A DNA stretch of 63,359 nt, filler included, from Squatina squatina (lineage: Eukaryota): assembly GCA_031763465.1 (NCBI GenBank). It is 4 parts of 4 records of this genome, joined end to end, with 100 filler letters (N's around TTAATTAATTAA, not from the genome) between each part and the next. Parts side by side here need not be neighbours in the genome. Positions count along the whole stretch, not along the records: positions 50,007 to 63,359 come from JARFOE010000039.1; 3 more parts are not named here. One strand, written 5' to 3'. Shown here piece by piece: positions 52,314-63,359 of the stretch. The position numbers and the translations under genes were made by a program. Under the pieces are notes generated by a model. The model was not told the DNA's origin, made no database searches, and was given only the letters and a program-made list of their open reading frames with translations. Within the stretch, counting starts at the first letter, position 1, and each line of letters opens with the position of its first letter.

Positions 52314-52970
52314 GCTTCTTAGGTCTCTTTCAACTTCCTCTTTAGTTATTTCAATACCATTCATGAAGTACATGTGCTACCCATTTTTCTTTCCAATGTT
52401 CTGTTCACTTGTACACTACCGATTTCACTGCACAATTTTGAGCTGCCTCTTCAGATTAGATTGTCTGAGTTTAGTTTTAATTTGCAAATTTAATGAACTT
52501 CTGAGATCAAGGCATTGATTTAAATTAGAAACAGTAGTTCCAACTCTACCCTGATGTAACTCCTTGAACAAATACCCATTATTTTATAAACTGCAGCCAA
52601 TTTCTTATCCATATCCAAGATTTGGCTTTTAGACCCATAGTTTTGAGCCTAATAGCCTTGTGTGGAACATAGTTATATCTCGACTTCCAGAAGACTTAAC
52701 ATGTCATCAGGTTTACCAGAGTCAATTTGGGATATCACTTACTCGATAGAAATCAAGATTGGTTAAGTAGGATCTTTCCTTTATAAATCCATGTTGGCAG
52801 TTTACTAAATTATATGTAAAAGCCGATCAAGTTTATACTTAATTGTTGATCATAATATTACACTGGATTGAAGAAAGATAAATTGATCTGTCGCTGTTAC
52901 TTTATGATTTGTCACCTTTTTGACTGTAGGTCTGCCTCCAATCTGTTGATACTTCCCCAGTGTCAGTGAT
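52314..52970 (-). mobile_element. Old, highly decayed CR1-like RT fragment
   Basis: Reverse-strand remnants of ccaacatggatttataaaggaaagatc (QHGF.K.RS), DF.K and V.SG motifs. Confidence 0.55.
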
Positions 52971-55900
52971 TCCCACACGTAGAGTGGGCTATCACAGCCA
53001 ACTTAAATTCTGCCTTTGCTGTGTTCACACACAACCACTTTCCAGAAGTCAGTGGATAAAATTCAAGAGTGGGAATCCTGGTTTTCCCCCTCTCTAGTCA
53101 CACTATTAACTCAGGATAACTTTGCAGACAAAAGATCAAATATGGATCTCCGAGTTTTCTACAGTTCAGTACCACACCAACAGTGTATTTAACTACTAAA
53201 TCACTGTGACACCCTGAATTCTTTTTATAAGCACAAATCAGTTCCGGAATATTTTCAGTCCATACATCCCAATTTAAAGAGGATTATTTTCAAACTAAAA
53301 GCATGAACATCAAATTTTGAATCAGTTGTAAATCTCAAAACAAACACACCAAGCTAAACTGCGAAAATTAACAGACACATCCTACATAAATCAGACTTTT
53401 CATTTCATAAATATTCTATGGCACAAAAACTGACCGCACAAAAGTGGACAGTCAACTTTACTGTAGTACTGGTTCATGTATTTTGGCTTTACTGATTATG
53501 GATAGGTCTGTACAGCACATAATAGATTGAGAGAACTATTTCCACCCATTGTACATAGCTCTGAAAAGGAACAGTCTATATTTTGCCCAAATTACATAAA
53601 GGCTGCAACTAAGTGGTCATGAATTTTAAATTTAAGTTCTTGCAATTTGAGGATTAATGGGAAAAAATTTTTTTTTTTAATTAAAAAAAGGAGTGCACTT
53701 TAGAAGAGTGATTTTCCCCAATGTTTTATATTGATTAAATTTTGTCTGCAGCATTTAAAATTATTTTAACAGTTTTAAAGCTAAACCATTGTTTCCATCT
53801 CAATTGATTTAACACTTGATTGTTTGGGAGTACACCCCAGTCCAATTGCAATGTCTTTCCATTGTAAACTCGTGCACAACTTCAATGCGTTTCTACTCCA
53901 TGATGCAATCTCTCTCACTCTCACTTTTGGACTCCAGTCAGGTCAACAGATTATAAACACTGTTGACATTGAAAAAAAGTGACTTACAGCATTTAGGCCT
54001 TTAGGCTGAATCTAGCTAGGAATTACAAATCAATGACAGTTACCACAGCATATTTTTACCCATCCTATTTAAATGAAATGGCACTGTTCTTTCTTCCACA
54101 ATTCTGTATGAGCATTAAAACAAAACACCCTCAGCAATCAACAATCAATGGATGGGTTGTGAATTTTGCCTACAGTCAAGTATCTAATCAATTTGAAATT
54201 ACTGTTTTTAACTTTTTAAACAGAGATTTTAATTATATACACATGCATATCATTAATCATCTTTAAGCAGTAGAGGAAAGAGAAATCAAACTGCTTAAAG
54301 TCAGATCGCAAGATTTTTGAACAGAAAATACATGCCAGTAATTTTGATTTTGCTTTAATTCCCTTTATCCTCACATATTTTTCAAAAATATTACTACTCC
54401 TTTTTGTTTCTCCCCTGACACATACACCATACATGGCTCTAGGAGGGTTGACAAGAATATTCTACAGTATTTAGTCACTTATGTTCTTCATCTTTCTTCA
54501 GGAGTTATCCAGACCATGCTTAGGACCATCTCCTCCATAAAATTCCTAAAGTAAGGGTGAGTATTATACATAAAAACCATTTGCAAGAGACTCAGGAATA
54601 ATGGAACCAAATGTTATTGAACTGCTTAAAATTAAACATGGATTAAACCAGCATAACTAGAATAAGGAATACTGAAAAAAGTCATGGTTGATACTTTTAG
54701 TAACAAATTCAAAACAAGCATGCAAGACAGCATAGTCCAAGTCATGCTGAAAGTGCACATTTTTAAAAAGCAAACCCCAGTGGATTTTGCAAAATCTCCT
54801 AGTTTCCAGAATTTCTTTACACTCCTTTCATGGATTGGCCAAGGTGTAGGCAGCATATCAATGAAACATCCGCTACGAAGGGGCTGCTGCTTGAGTTTAA
54901 CCAGCTAGAACAATATAGTTTATCATCACTGATCACAGGTAAGCTACTCACTGCTGGTCTAGTGAGGACCATGCTGTCTAAGTGAAGGAAGTAAGACATG
55001 ATCATTTCCATAATAATACTTTCCTCAGTGAGTAATTCAGGGCATTTACAGCTTTTTGATGATACAACACATTGTGGCTCCTATAATCTGCTCTGCTTCA
55101 TTAAACAACATTAAACATGTGGGATTCCCTACAATTTGGTTTTCATTAAACATAGCAATAAATAAATCATTAATAAATACTTTCCATTCAACAAAGCCAA
55201 AGTGATTTCAGAAATAAAATTAAATAACAAAACTGATGTATAAAAACAAATAATTGCTATAAGTGAAATTATTTTGTGCAAATAAAACCAAACAGATAAG
55301 TTCCTGATCGCAGCTGTGTATGAAGAGGTGATGTTGAATGTTTAATTTTCCCATGCAGGTAGTGAGCTGAGAATTAGCACATGAGTCACGTAGAACACTC
55401 TCTGGTAGCTCCTAGTATCTGAGTCAAGAATAGAAATGAAAAAAGAGGGAGACAATAAAAATAGCTATTTTGCATTACAGTAGTCACCAGTGAAGAGGAA
55501 GAGTTTAGAAGTACTCTTGTTTGTTGTCATTCTCTGGTCAATATTAGACATTACTATAAATGTCCTGAATATAACTGTAATTACAGTGAAGTCAACAAGG
55601 GGAGGAGGAGAACTCCAGGTGAAAAGAAATTTAAAAAAAAGAACAAGAAACAACAAGGGAATAAGACAGTCGGAAATATTTCAAATAAGTTTAAATAAAA
55701 ATAACAGAATTAAGATTAAAAGAGGTAAAAAAAAGAAAATCCATATTACTTTTTAGGTCTGCAGTCCCCATCAAGCTACTCATGTTTAAAAGAAATAGTC
55801 TCTCTTATCCATACTTATCATTCCAGCATGAACCCTGACATTTACAAATGTTGTAATTGATGCAAAAGCCTTGAATTTTACTCGCAACCGTCCCCCCACC

Positions 55901-55979
55901 CCAAAAAAAACTCTTCACATCCAAAATCTCCAATAGAGCCTGTAAGCCAATGAATTTATGCATTTAAAAATACAAAGAA

Positions 55980-56055
55980 ACAAAAAAAGAGAAACGATTT
56001 TGCCAATTCTGTCATTTACAAAAAAAGAGAAATGATTTTGCCAATTCTGTCATTT
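55980..56055. repeat. 38-bp tandem duplication
   Basis: ACAAAAAAAGAGAAAYGATTTTGCCAATTCTGTCATTT twice, one mismatch. Confidence 0.85.
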
Positions 56056-59009
56056 TCTATCTGAAAGGAGGAGTCATTCATCAGTTTTGGCTTGATTGAT
56101 GAGCAACACTGCCTGACACACAAATGGACTGAGCCCACTGCCACATTGACATGAGGTGTATGTCAAACTGTAGCATTTCACACACAACTTGACACCAGAT
56201 AAGTTCAGATTGTCATTGCGTCTGACTTCCAATTATTTCCGATGTGACCAGCAGGAATCTGCATTTCTAATTAATTATGTTTTCCAAATTAAATTAGTCA
56301 AAGTGTATCAGTTCACGAGTGGGAAGGGAAAGAATTCTGTTTGTATTAATAGAAACCAAACTGACAACACTAATAAAGACCGAAAAAGAAATAATTTGCT
56401 CTTATTCTCATTGAGATCAGAGCTATCGAATTAGGAAAATAATAGACACGAAATCCAATTGCAGATGCCTCAGGCCATGTCACTGATTATTCACACGTAT
56501 ATGTTGAGCCTATTTGCCACCCTCTTCCCATTAGCCTAAAACACTCCCTCTACCTCCCATCAATCCAAATCACTGTTTCAACAATCAACTCATATGGGTT
56601 TACTGCACATCTTTACATTTTGGAGCAAATTCATTGACAAATATTTTATTTTTGCCGAATTCCAAAGGCTAAATTAATGAAGGTGTTAAAATTATAAATA
56701 TATGGGACAGAGTAGATAGAAATAGGCTTATTGAGGGGTCTGGAATGAGGGCACAGAGAAGATTAAATGTAGGAGATTTAAGGCAGGCAGCGAGAGAGGA
56801 TTTTTTATACACAGAGTGTTGTGAGGCAGCAGAATGTACTATCAGAGTTAGTGATTGAAACAGAGACATGTTGACATTTATGACACAAATACACTATGTA
56901 CTGAGCATTTTGTGAGAAAGTCCCACATGTTATCCAGAGTCGGTGTGAAATGAGCTGATGTTAGTTAGGGCCACAACGGAGTGCTCTTAGTTGGGGGTGG
57001 GGGGTGGAGGAAAAGAGACAGGGATTTGGCCAGGGTTCTCACTCCTGATTTCTATCTGGTGACCTCTGCTTGAAAGAGTGCATGCGTGGGTTTTGGATGG
57101 AGACAACATTAGGCTCAGCTGCAATGGCTCCCCGTGATTGTCTAGGCTCATACATGAAGAAATACTATTTGGGTGAAGTTCCAGTGAGCTACAGAAAGGA
57201 GATTGGAATTTTATAATATATCACGCAGGGATACAAAAACTAACATTGTCAGATGACGGCTGCCTGAAACCAATCAAAGGAAATGCAGCAAACATTATCC
57301 TCGATAGTCTGCGTGTTCAGCAACAAGCTCTTGCAANNNNNNNNNNNNNNNNNNNNNNNNNNNNNNNNNNNNNNNNNNNNNNNNNNNNNNNNNNNNNNNN
57401 NNNNNNNNNNNNNNNNNNNNNNNNNNNNNNNNNNNNNNNNNNNNNNNNNNNNNNNNNNNNNNNNNNNNNNNNNNNNNNNNNNNNNNNNNNNNNNNNNNNN
57501 NNNNNNNNNNNNNNNNNAACACTGAAATCAGAATATATTGGCAGTGAAAGTGGTTAGAACACAGACAATTCTTGACAAGCATGCAAAGCACTTTTACAAA
57601 GAAAAGTCAATCATTCTCAATCATGGTAAGGAAAGAAAACCTTATTGATTATCTCAGATGTGGCCATTACAACGGTTTAGCCGTAATAAAATTTTAAAAC
57701 AAACTCTTTGGATTGTTCCAATTCTATAATCCTCTACCATACCGCTCTTCTGACAAAGCCTCAACTTAAATTCAATAAATTTGAAATATATAGTCTTTAG
57801 CTGCAGAACGATAGGAGCACTGGTCTTTGAGCTCTAGTGGTTCTACACTGATTCTTGGCTATATCAAAAGTACTTTTAAAATGCAAACACACTCAAAATT
57901 ACACTCAATGCTACTGTAAATAGGAACAGCTATAGATTACTGCAGGTAATTTTGCACAAACAGTTTGACTTTTTCTGGCTGTGCCGTTGATCTATGTTGA
58001 GAAAGGATTGACCATAAATAATATCAAAGAACACACACTTACATATGTGTTACATATCTCTGTTTACACACACACACACACACACCTCACTCTTTCGGCT
58101 CAATAAACTTTTTGCTTTGGTGCTCATTTTTCTTCAGTGGGGACAGAGAGATGCAGAAGAGAAAGATGAGGGGGTAGACTGCACAGGTAGATCAAGGGAG
58201 AGCAAGAAAGAGGTAGATCAATATTGGGAACAGGGAAAAAAATGGGGTGACAGAAAAGTAGAATGAGAGAGCATAGCATGAGAATCTCAATGGAAGATGT
58301 ACTTGTACAGGCAAACCGTGCACCACAAAAAAATAAGCTCTGACCCATTTAAACAACGTACTTTACAGCCGGAAGTTTTCAGACATTTCTGGATGGCCCC
58401 AGTAAGTGCTGATTTTGTTGCTATAATTAGACCATGTGTCTCCATCACACACCCAACCACGAAGAGAAGCTATTTCAATTACACACCCAGTGTTCACAGG
58501 ATGTGCCTTACACAGGATGCCAAAACATAGCATAGAAATCCTCCAAAAAAATGCTAGGCTGCATTGTTCCTTCGACCAACAGTATTCGACTAAAATATAC
58601 ATTGTTATAGATGCAAATTGTTATTGACGTCTGGAAGTGACTGAGGGATATGATGCTTCCAAGCCACCTCAACACATCATTTCTATGCAAGTCCTCAGGG
58701 AACTTGGAGGAGCCTTGCAAATTTCAGAATACTTGGTCACAGATTTGTTGTCAAAAGCAAGCTTCTATAAATATCCAACATGGATTATTGTAGGAGTGGG
58801 ATTTAAAAAATGCAAGGAACAAAAGAACATTCTTTCAGGCGCAAATAACAATGTTGTCGTTAAATATTTTTAGCATACTGATATAGAAACATAGAAAATA
58901 GGAGAAGTANNNNNNNNNNNNNNNNNNNNNNNNNNNNNNNNNNNNNNNNNNNNNNNNNNNNNNNNNNNNNNNNNNNNNNNNNNNNNNNNNNNNNNNNNNN
59001 NNNNNNNNN

Positions 59010-59250
59010 CAGGGAGGGACTGACCAGAGCCGGACCCAGTGCCCAGGGAGGGACTGACCAGAGCCGGACCCAGTGCTCAGGACGGGACTGACCAGAGCCG
59101 GACCCAGTGCTCAGGACGGGACTGACCAGAGCCGGACACAGTGCTCAGGGCGGGACTGACCAGAGCCGGACACAGTGCCGAGGACAGGACTGACCAGAGC
59201 CGGACCCAGTGCTCAGGGTGGGACTGACCATAGCCGGACAAAGTGCCCAG
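59010..59250. repeat. 34-bp GC-rich minisatellite, about 7 copies, bounded by gaps
   Basis: Unit CAGGGAGGGACTGACCAGAGCCGGACCCAGTGCY; starts at 59010 and 59044. Confidence 0.92.
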
Positions 59251-59814
59251 NNNNNNNNNNACGAGTCCTGCAATCTGCCCCAGTAAAATACCAATATAGC
59301 CATTGGTTTCTGAGTTGTGTGAAAATCTTTTAATCACTGAAAACAAAATCTCTGTAAAACCCATAGGGCCTGAGCAGTGGCACAGCAGTGAGGGGGAGAT
59401 TGGGTTACAGTCCTGGAATGGGCAAAGCACCTTTGAACACACCTCTCTTGTGAGACTCGCCTCTCAGTTGTGTGAGGAATGTCTGTTTCTGGCACTCGCT
59501 GGTGCTCAGAGTGTACAAAGGGGCCTGTGTCTCCAGGCGGGTGATCACATATGGCAAGGAGCTGTCAACATGGGCCCAGAAACCAGCGGCCTTCACTGAG
59601 GGCGTCTCTGTCCCTCCGAGAATGGGATCCAGGCTCCCCCTGGTGGTGACAGCTATTTTACTTTATTCGTTCNNNNNNNNNNNNNNNNNNNNNNNNNNNN
59701 NNNNNNNNNNNNNNNNNNNNNNNNNNNNNNNNNNNNNNNNNNNNNNNNNNNNNNNNNNNNNNNNNNNNNNNNTCCATACTGTGTGCAAAAAAAATGTGAA
59801 TTCTTGCCTGAATT

Positions 59815-60245
59815 CTAATTACCTCCAGATTTGAATATTCCACTGCTCTCCTGGCCAGCCTGCCACCTTCCACCTTCTGTAAATTTGAGGTCATTCAAAA
59901 CTTGTCTGCCCCATTTATAATTCGCACCAAGTCTCATTCTACCATCACCCCTGTGCTCGCTGACCTACATTGGCTCCTGGTCTGGCAACGCCTCAAATTT
60001 AAAATTCTCGTCCTTATGCCCAAATCCCTCCATGGCCTAGCCCCTTCCTCTCTCTGTAACCTCCTCTAGCCCTACAACCCTCCAAGATCTGTGCGTTCCT
60101 CTAATTCTGGCACCTTTTGCATTCCCGATTTCCTTCGCCCCACCATTGGCGGCTATGCCTTCAGTGCTCTAGGCCCAAGCACTGGAATTGCCTCCCTAAA
60201 TATTTCTGCCCCTCAACTTCTCTCTTCTGTTTTAAGGCTTTCGAT
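59815..60245 (+). mobile_element. L2 LINE ORF2 C-terminal fragment
   Basis: ITPVLADLHWLLV.QRLKFKILVL..KSLHGLAP segment typical of L2. Confidence 0.85.
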
Positions 60246-60595
60246 TTTTCTTCCTTCCTTCCTGTTCGACGAACTGAGCTGATTATTTCCAGGCAGCGGG
60301 GGAATAAAAATCCTTCATTTCCTACCTCCAGAGGCCTGAGTTTTAATGCTGCTTTCTCCTGAGGTGAATCTCTGTGTGACTGACATTTGCCCTGAATCAA
60401 CCTGTGTGTAAACTCTTCCCCTCCCGTGTTTACACTGTCTCCGATAGCTCACGTGTGCTTTCACTAGTGTAAGGAATTATTTTGAGGTGTGAAGCCCGTT
60501 CAGCTTCTTGTTTAAAACGGCCCGGGGGTTTTGAGCGGTAGCGGGTGCTTGTTCTTCAAAGGTTTTTTTTGTGATGGGCGTGTTGGTGATTTCAG

Positions 60596-60739
60596 ATTAT
60601 TGGGAACCTGCTGTACTATCGCTACATGAACCCCGCCATCGTGGCTCCAGACGCTTTCGACATCATCGACATCTCGGCTGGCGGAGGAGGCCTGACCACC
60701 GATCAGAGGAGGAACCTGGGCTCCATCGCCAAAGTCTTG
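60596..60739 (+). CDS. IQGAP1: IQGAP1 RasGAP-related domain exon, 3' end lost in gap
   Basis: gatttcag|ATTATTGGG. Encodes IIGNLLYYRYMNPAIVAPDAFDIIDISAGGGGLTTDQRRNLGSIAKVL, containing the IQGAP YYRYMNPAIVAPD signature. Confidence 0.9.
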
Positions 60740-60839
60740 NNNNNNNNNNNNNNNNNNNNNNNNNNNNNNNNNNNNNNNNNNNNNNNNNNNNNNNNNNNNN
60801 NNNNNNNNNNNNNNNNNNNNNNNNNNNNNNNNNNNNNNN

Positions 60840-60969
60840 CGGCTCCAGCGGCGGCACGGCCGCCTCCAACCCCCGCAAGTTCAGCGAGAAGATCGCGCTG
60901 CACAACCAGAAGCAGGCCGAGGAGACGGCCGCCTTCGAGGAGGTGATGAAGGATCTCAGCGTGTCCCGG
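60840..60969 (+). CDS. CRTC3: CRTC first coding exon (TORC_N, CREB-binding domain); start codon in gap
   Basis: [43 protein letters not shown]|gtgagt, CpG-rich. Paralogue assigned from the position after IQGAP1 and from the 63068 exon. Confidence 0.82.
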
Positions 60970-61099
60970 GTGAGTGGCTCAACCCCCCCCGGGGCCCGCA
61001 ATCACGCGAGCCCCAGGCTTTGGGGCCTAGAGGGGCTGAGCCCCAAACACTGAATACAGTGAAATATAAATACAATTAAACCTCTACACTGTCATATTC

Positions 61100-61397
61100 A
61101 ATGCTGGGCATTTTATTAAATACTTTAAAATACATTAAAAAATACAACTAAATAGATTTTAAGATTGTTTGAAATATATTTAAACAATTCAATATTTTAC
61201 AGTAATTTTTATTTAATTCAATCGTTTAAACCTTAATTTTTATTTAAACAATTCAATATTTTAAACATTAATTTTGATTAAATTCAATTTTAAACTTATT
61301 TAAACAATTCAATATTTTACAGTAATTTTTATTTAATTCAATATTTTAAACATTAATTTTTATTTCAATAAATATTTTAAACATTAAATATATTTAA
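61100..61397. repeat. AT-rich low-complexity repeat in CRTC3 intron 1
   Basis: Recurring TTTAAACAATTCAATATTTTA motif; a block of about 40 bp is identical at 61181 and 61301. Confidence 0.8.
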
Positions 61398-61499
61398 NNN
61401 NNNNNNNNNNNNNNNNNNNNNNNNNNNNNNNNNNNNNNNNNNNNNNNNNNNNNNNNNNNNNNNNNNNNNNNNNNNNNNNNNNNNNNNNNNNNNNNNNAA

Positions 61500-61605
61500 G
61501 TCGGCGATAGACAAAGTGTCCAGAATTGGAGAAACACAGAGTTCCCGGAGGGTTGTAAGCACTGGAGGAGGCTACAGAGATAGGGGGGGAACGAGGCCAT
61601 GACTG
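61500..61605 (-). mobile_element. L2 fragment
   Basis: Reverse complement resembles 60030-60120 (catggcct...tacaaccctcc...ctctgtg...ctccaattctgg). Confidence 0.65.
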
Positions 61606-62074
61606 AAGAGGACAGCCCTGATCGTCATTCAGCATCTTTAGACATGGCTCTGAGTCATGTGGGCCATATGGGTAGGAAGGATCCAGTCACAAACAAATTC
61701 AAAGCAGTGGTTGCCTGGACTGGGCCAGCTAGCAAGTGCCAGCTGTTGCTCAGTAGTAACAATCTTACCCCTGAATCAGAAGGTTGTGGATTCAAGTCCC
61801 ACTCCATAGACTGCAGATCTCTAGCCAACAGTTGACATATCTCCTTAATGACCTCCAGAAGGGAGCACAAACTACTGAGGCATTGTTGGTCAGAAAAGTT
61901 TAACTTTAAATCTTTTGGTCTGTATATTCTGATGAGTGGGTATAAGCATGTAAGGTAGAAATGAATTGTGGTGCCTTACACTAAGATTCTCCAATCTAGT
62001 TCCTTCCATATCCTCCTCTTCTTCACAGAAAAGGCCTTTCCTGCTCTATACTGCACACTACATTTATTTACCCA

Positions 62075-62890
62075 CTAAGCCATCAAGAATACAGTTTCGA
62101 AATTTGCAGATGACACCAAATTCAGGGATATCGTTAATACAGAGGAAAAAACTGCGACAAAGTACTGGAAGCCAGTAATAAACGTGCAGAATGGGCATGT
62201 AGTTTGCAAATAAGCTTCAAAATAGATAAGTGTGAGGTGGTACATTTTGGTCGGAAGATTGAGGAAAAAGGTGTCTAAGTGGGGTAGAGGAGCAGAGGAA
62301 TATGCGGGTACAGAAACACAAGTCACTAAAAGTGATGACACAGGTTAACAAGGCCATTCCAAAAAAAACAAGCACTGAGGTTCATTTCTAGAGGGATGGA
62401 ATTGAAAAGCAGAGAAGTTATGTTAAACTTGTATAGAACCTTGGTTAGACCATGGTCTAATGGTCTAGATTCACATATGAATGGTTTTGGTCTCCATATT
62501 ATAAAAAATGATACAGAGGCACTGGAGAAGACGCAAAAAAGATTTACAAAGATGACATCTGAACTGAGAGATTATACCTATCAGAAAAGATTGAACAGGC
62601 GGGGTCTCTTCTCTCGAGAAAAGGGAAGGCTTAGGGGTGACCTGATAGAGGTCTTCAAGGTTATGAAACAGTTTGACAGGGTAGACGTAGAGAAAATTTA
62701 GGGTTCCAAATACAGAAAACACTAAAATCTAATGGACAGGTACAAGAAAATAATTTAAAAAGCTACTAGAATGTTGGTTTTTATCTCAAGGGGGGAGAGA
62801 ATACAAAAGGGTGGAAGTTATGTTACAGTTATACAAAGCTCTGGTTAGATCCCATTTCGAGTACTGCGTTCAGTTCAGGGCACCGCACCT
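62075..62890 (+). mobile_element. Two adjacent CR1 fragments in a CRTC3 intron
   Basis: SKFADDTK, LYRTLVRP and RLRGDLIEVFK, then a second LYKALVRSHFEYCVQF. Confidence 0.88.
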
Positions 62891-63067
62891 CTCCCAGGAG
62901 ATCATATGGTTTTGGGTGGAGTGGGGGTGTGTATATATTGTGATGCACAAGATGTCACAAATTGTGTGGGACAGGCTGGATGGTCCAGTGGGTCTTTTCC
63001 TGCCCATTGAACCTCATCAGGTTCATCCTCTGTACATGCCTCGATTAGATTACTGCTTTTTATTCAG

Positions 63068-63153
63068 TCTTTTCATTCCCGGTCCTGACAAGTGAAGACA
63101 GTCTCTTAAAGCTGAACAAACCTTTACCAAAACAGCTGTGGGAAGCCAAGAAG
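63068..63153 (+). CDS. CRTC3: CRTC3 internal exon
   Basis: tgctttttattcag|TC...AAGAAG|gtgagt, 86 bp. Encodes FSFPVLTSEDSLLKLNKPLPKQLWEAKK, resembling the recalled CRTC3 KPLPKQLWE.K segment. Not in the ORF track. Confidence 0.8.
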
Positions 63154-63359
63154 GTGAGTGGCAGATTGCAGCAATAACCGGTTTTAGCAAACAACGCCGC
63201 TGCTTCTAGTATCTGCACCTTTCTGTTGGAATTCACAATCCCATGCTTCTTTTCTGTAGCTTCCTCATGTCATTCCCACTCGGCGCTGGCTCCTCCTCTG
63301 TGACAGGGCTTGAATTTTACACACATTTAACTTGCAAAATCAGTTGTGTATTGCGAGTG

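Noticed and set aside
60571-61053. Apparent IQGAP-CRTC fusion ORF
   Set aside because: It reads through a 100-N gap, and the IQGAP exon is in a different frame from the CRTC exon; these are two separate genes.
61741-61810. tRNA-like A/B boxes (gctcagtagta...ggattcaagtccc)
   Set aside because: No complete cloverleaf; better explained as a decayed tRNA-derived SINE head.

Overview
This is eukaryotic, intron-rich vertebrate DNA. The CR1/HER1-like, RTE and L2 LINEs and Deu-domain SINEs suggest a cartilaginous fish (inference). It is not one locus: three artificial N44-TTAATTAATTAA-N44 linkers (22073-22172, 37390-37489, 49907-50006) join four probably unrelated draft scaffolds, and many 100-N gaps hide sequence of unknown length. 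Scaffold 1 (1-22072) carries six minus-strand exons of a vertebrate chitin synthase (CATMWHE, KKRWSQ and GEDRW motifs), whose invariant QRRRW motif reads QRRRG, plus one orphan coiled-coil exon on the plus strand. Scaffold 2 (22173-37389) is almost entirely two abutting satellites: a 31-bp C/T-rich array and a 12.7-kb, 52-bp G/A-rich array with higher-order structure. Scaffold 3 (37490-49906) has one ELAPOR2/KIAA1324L-like exon. Scaffold 4 (50007-63359) has an IQGAP1 GAP-domain exon followed by two CRTC3 exons. Most ORFs in the supplied track are spurious (N read-through, satellite or retroelement remnants). All gene names come from recalled motif similarity, not from a database search.
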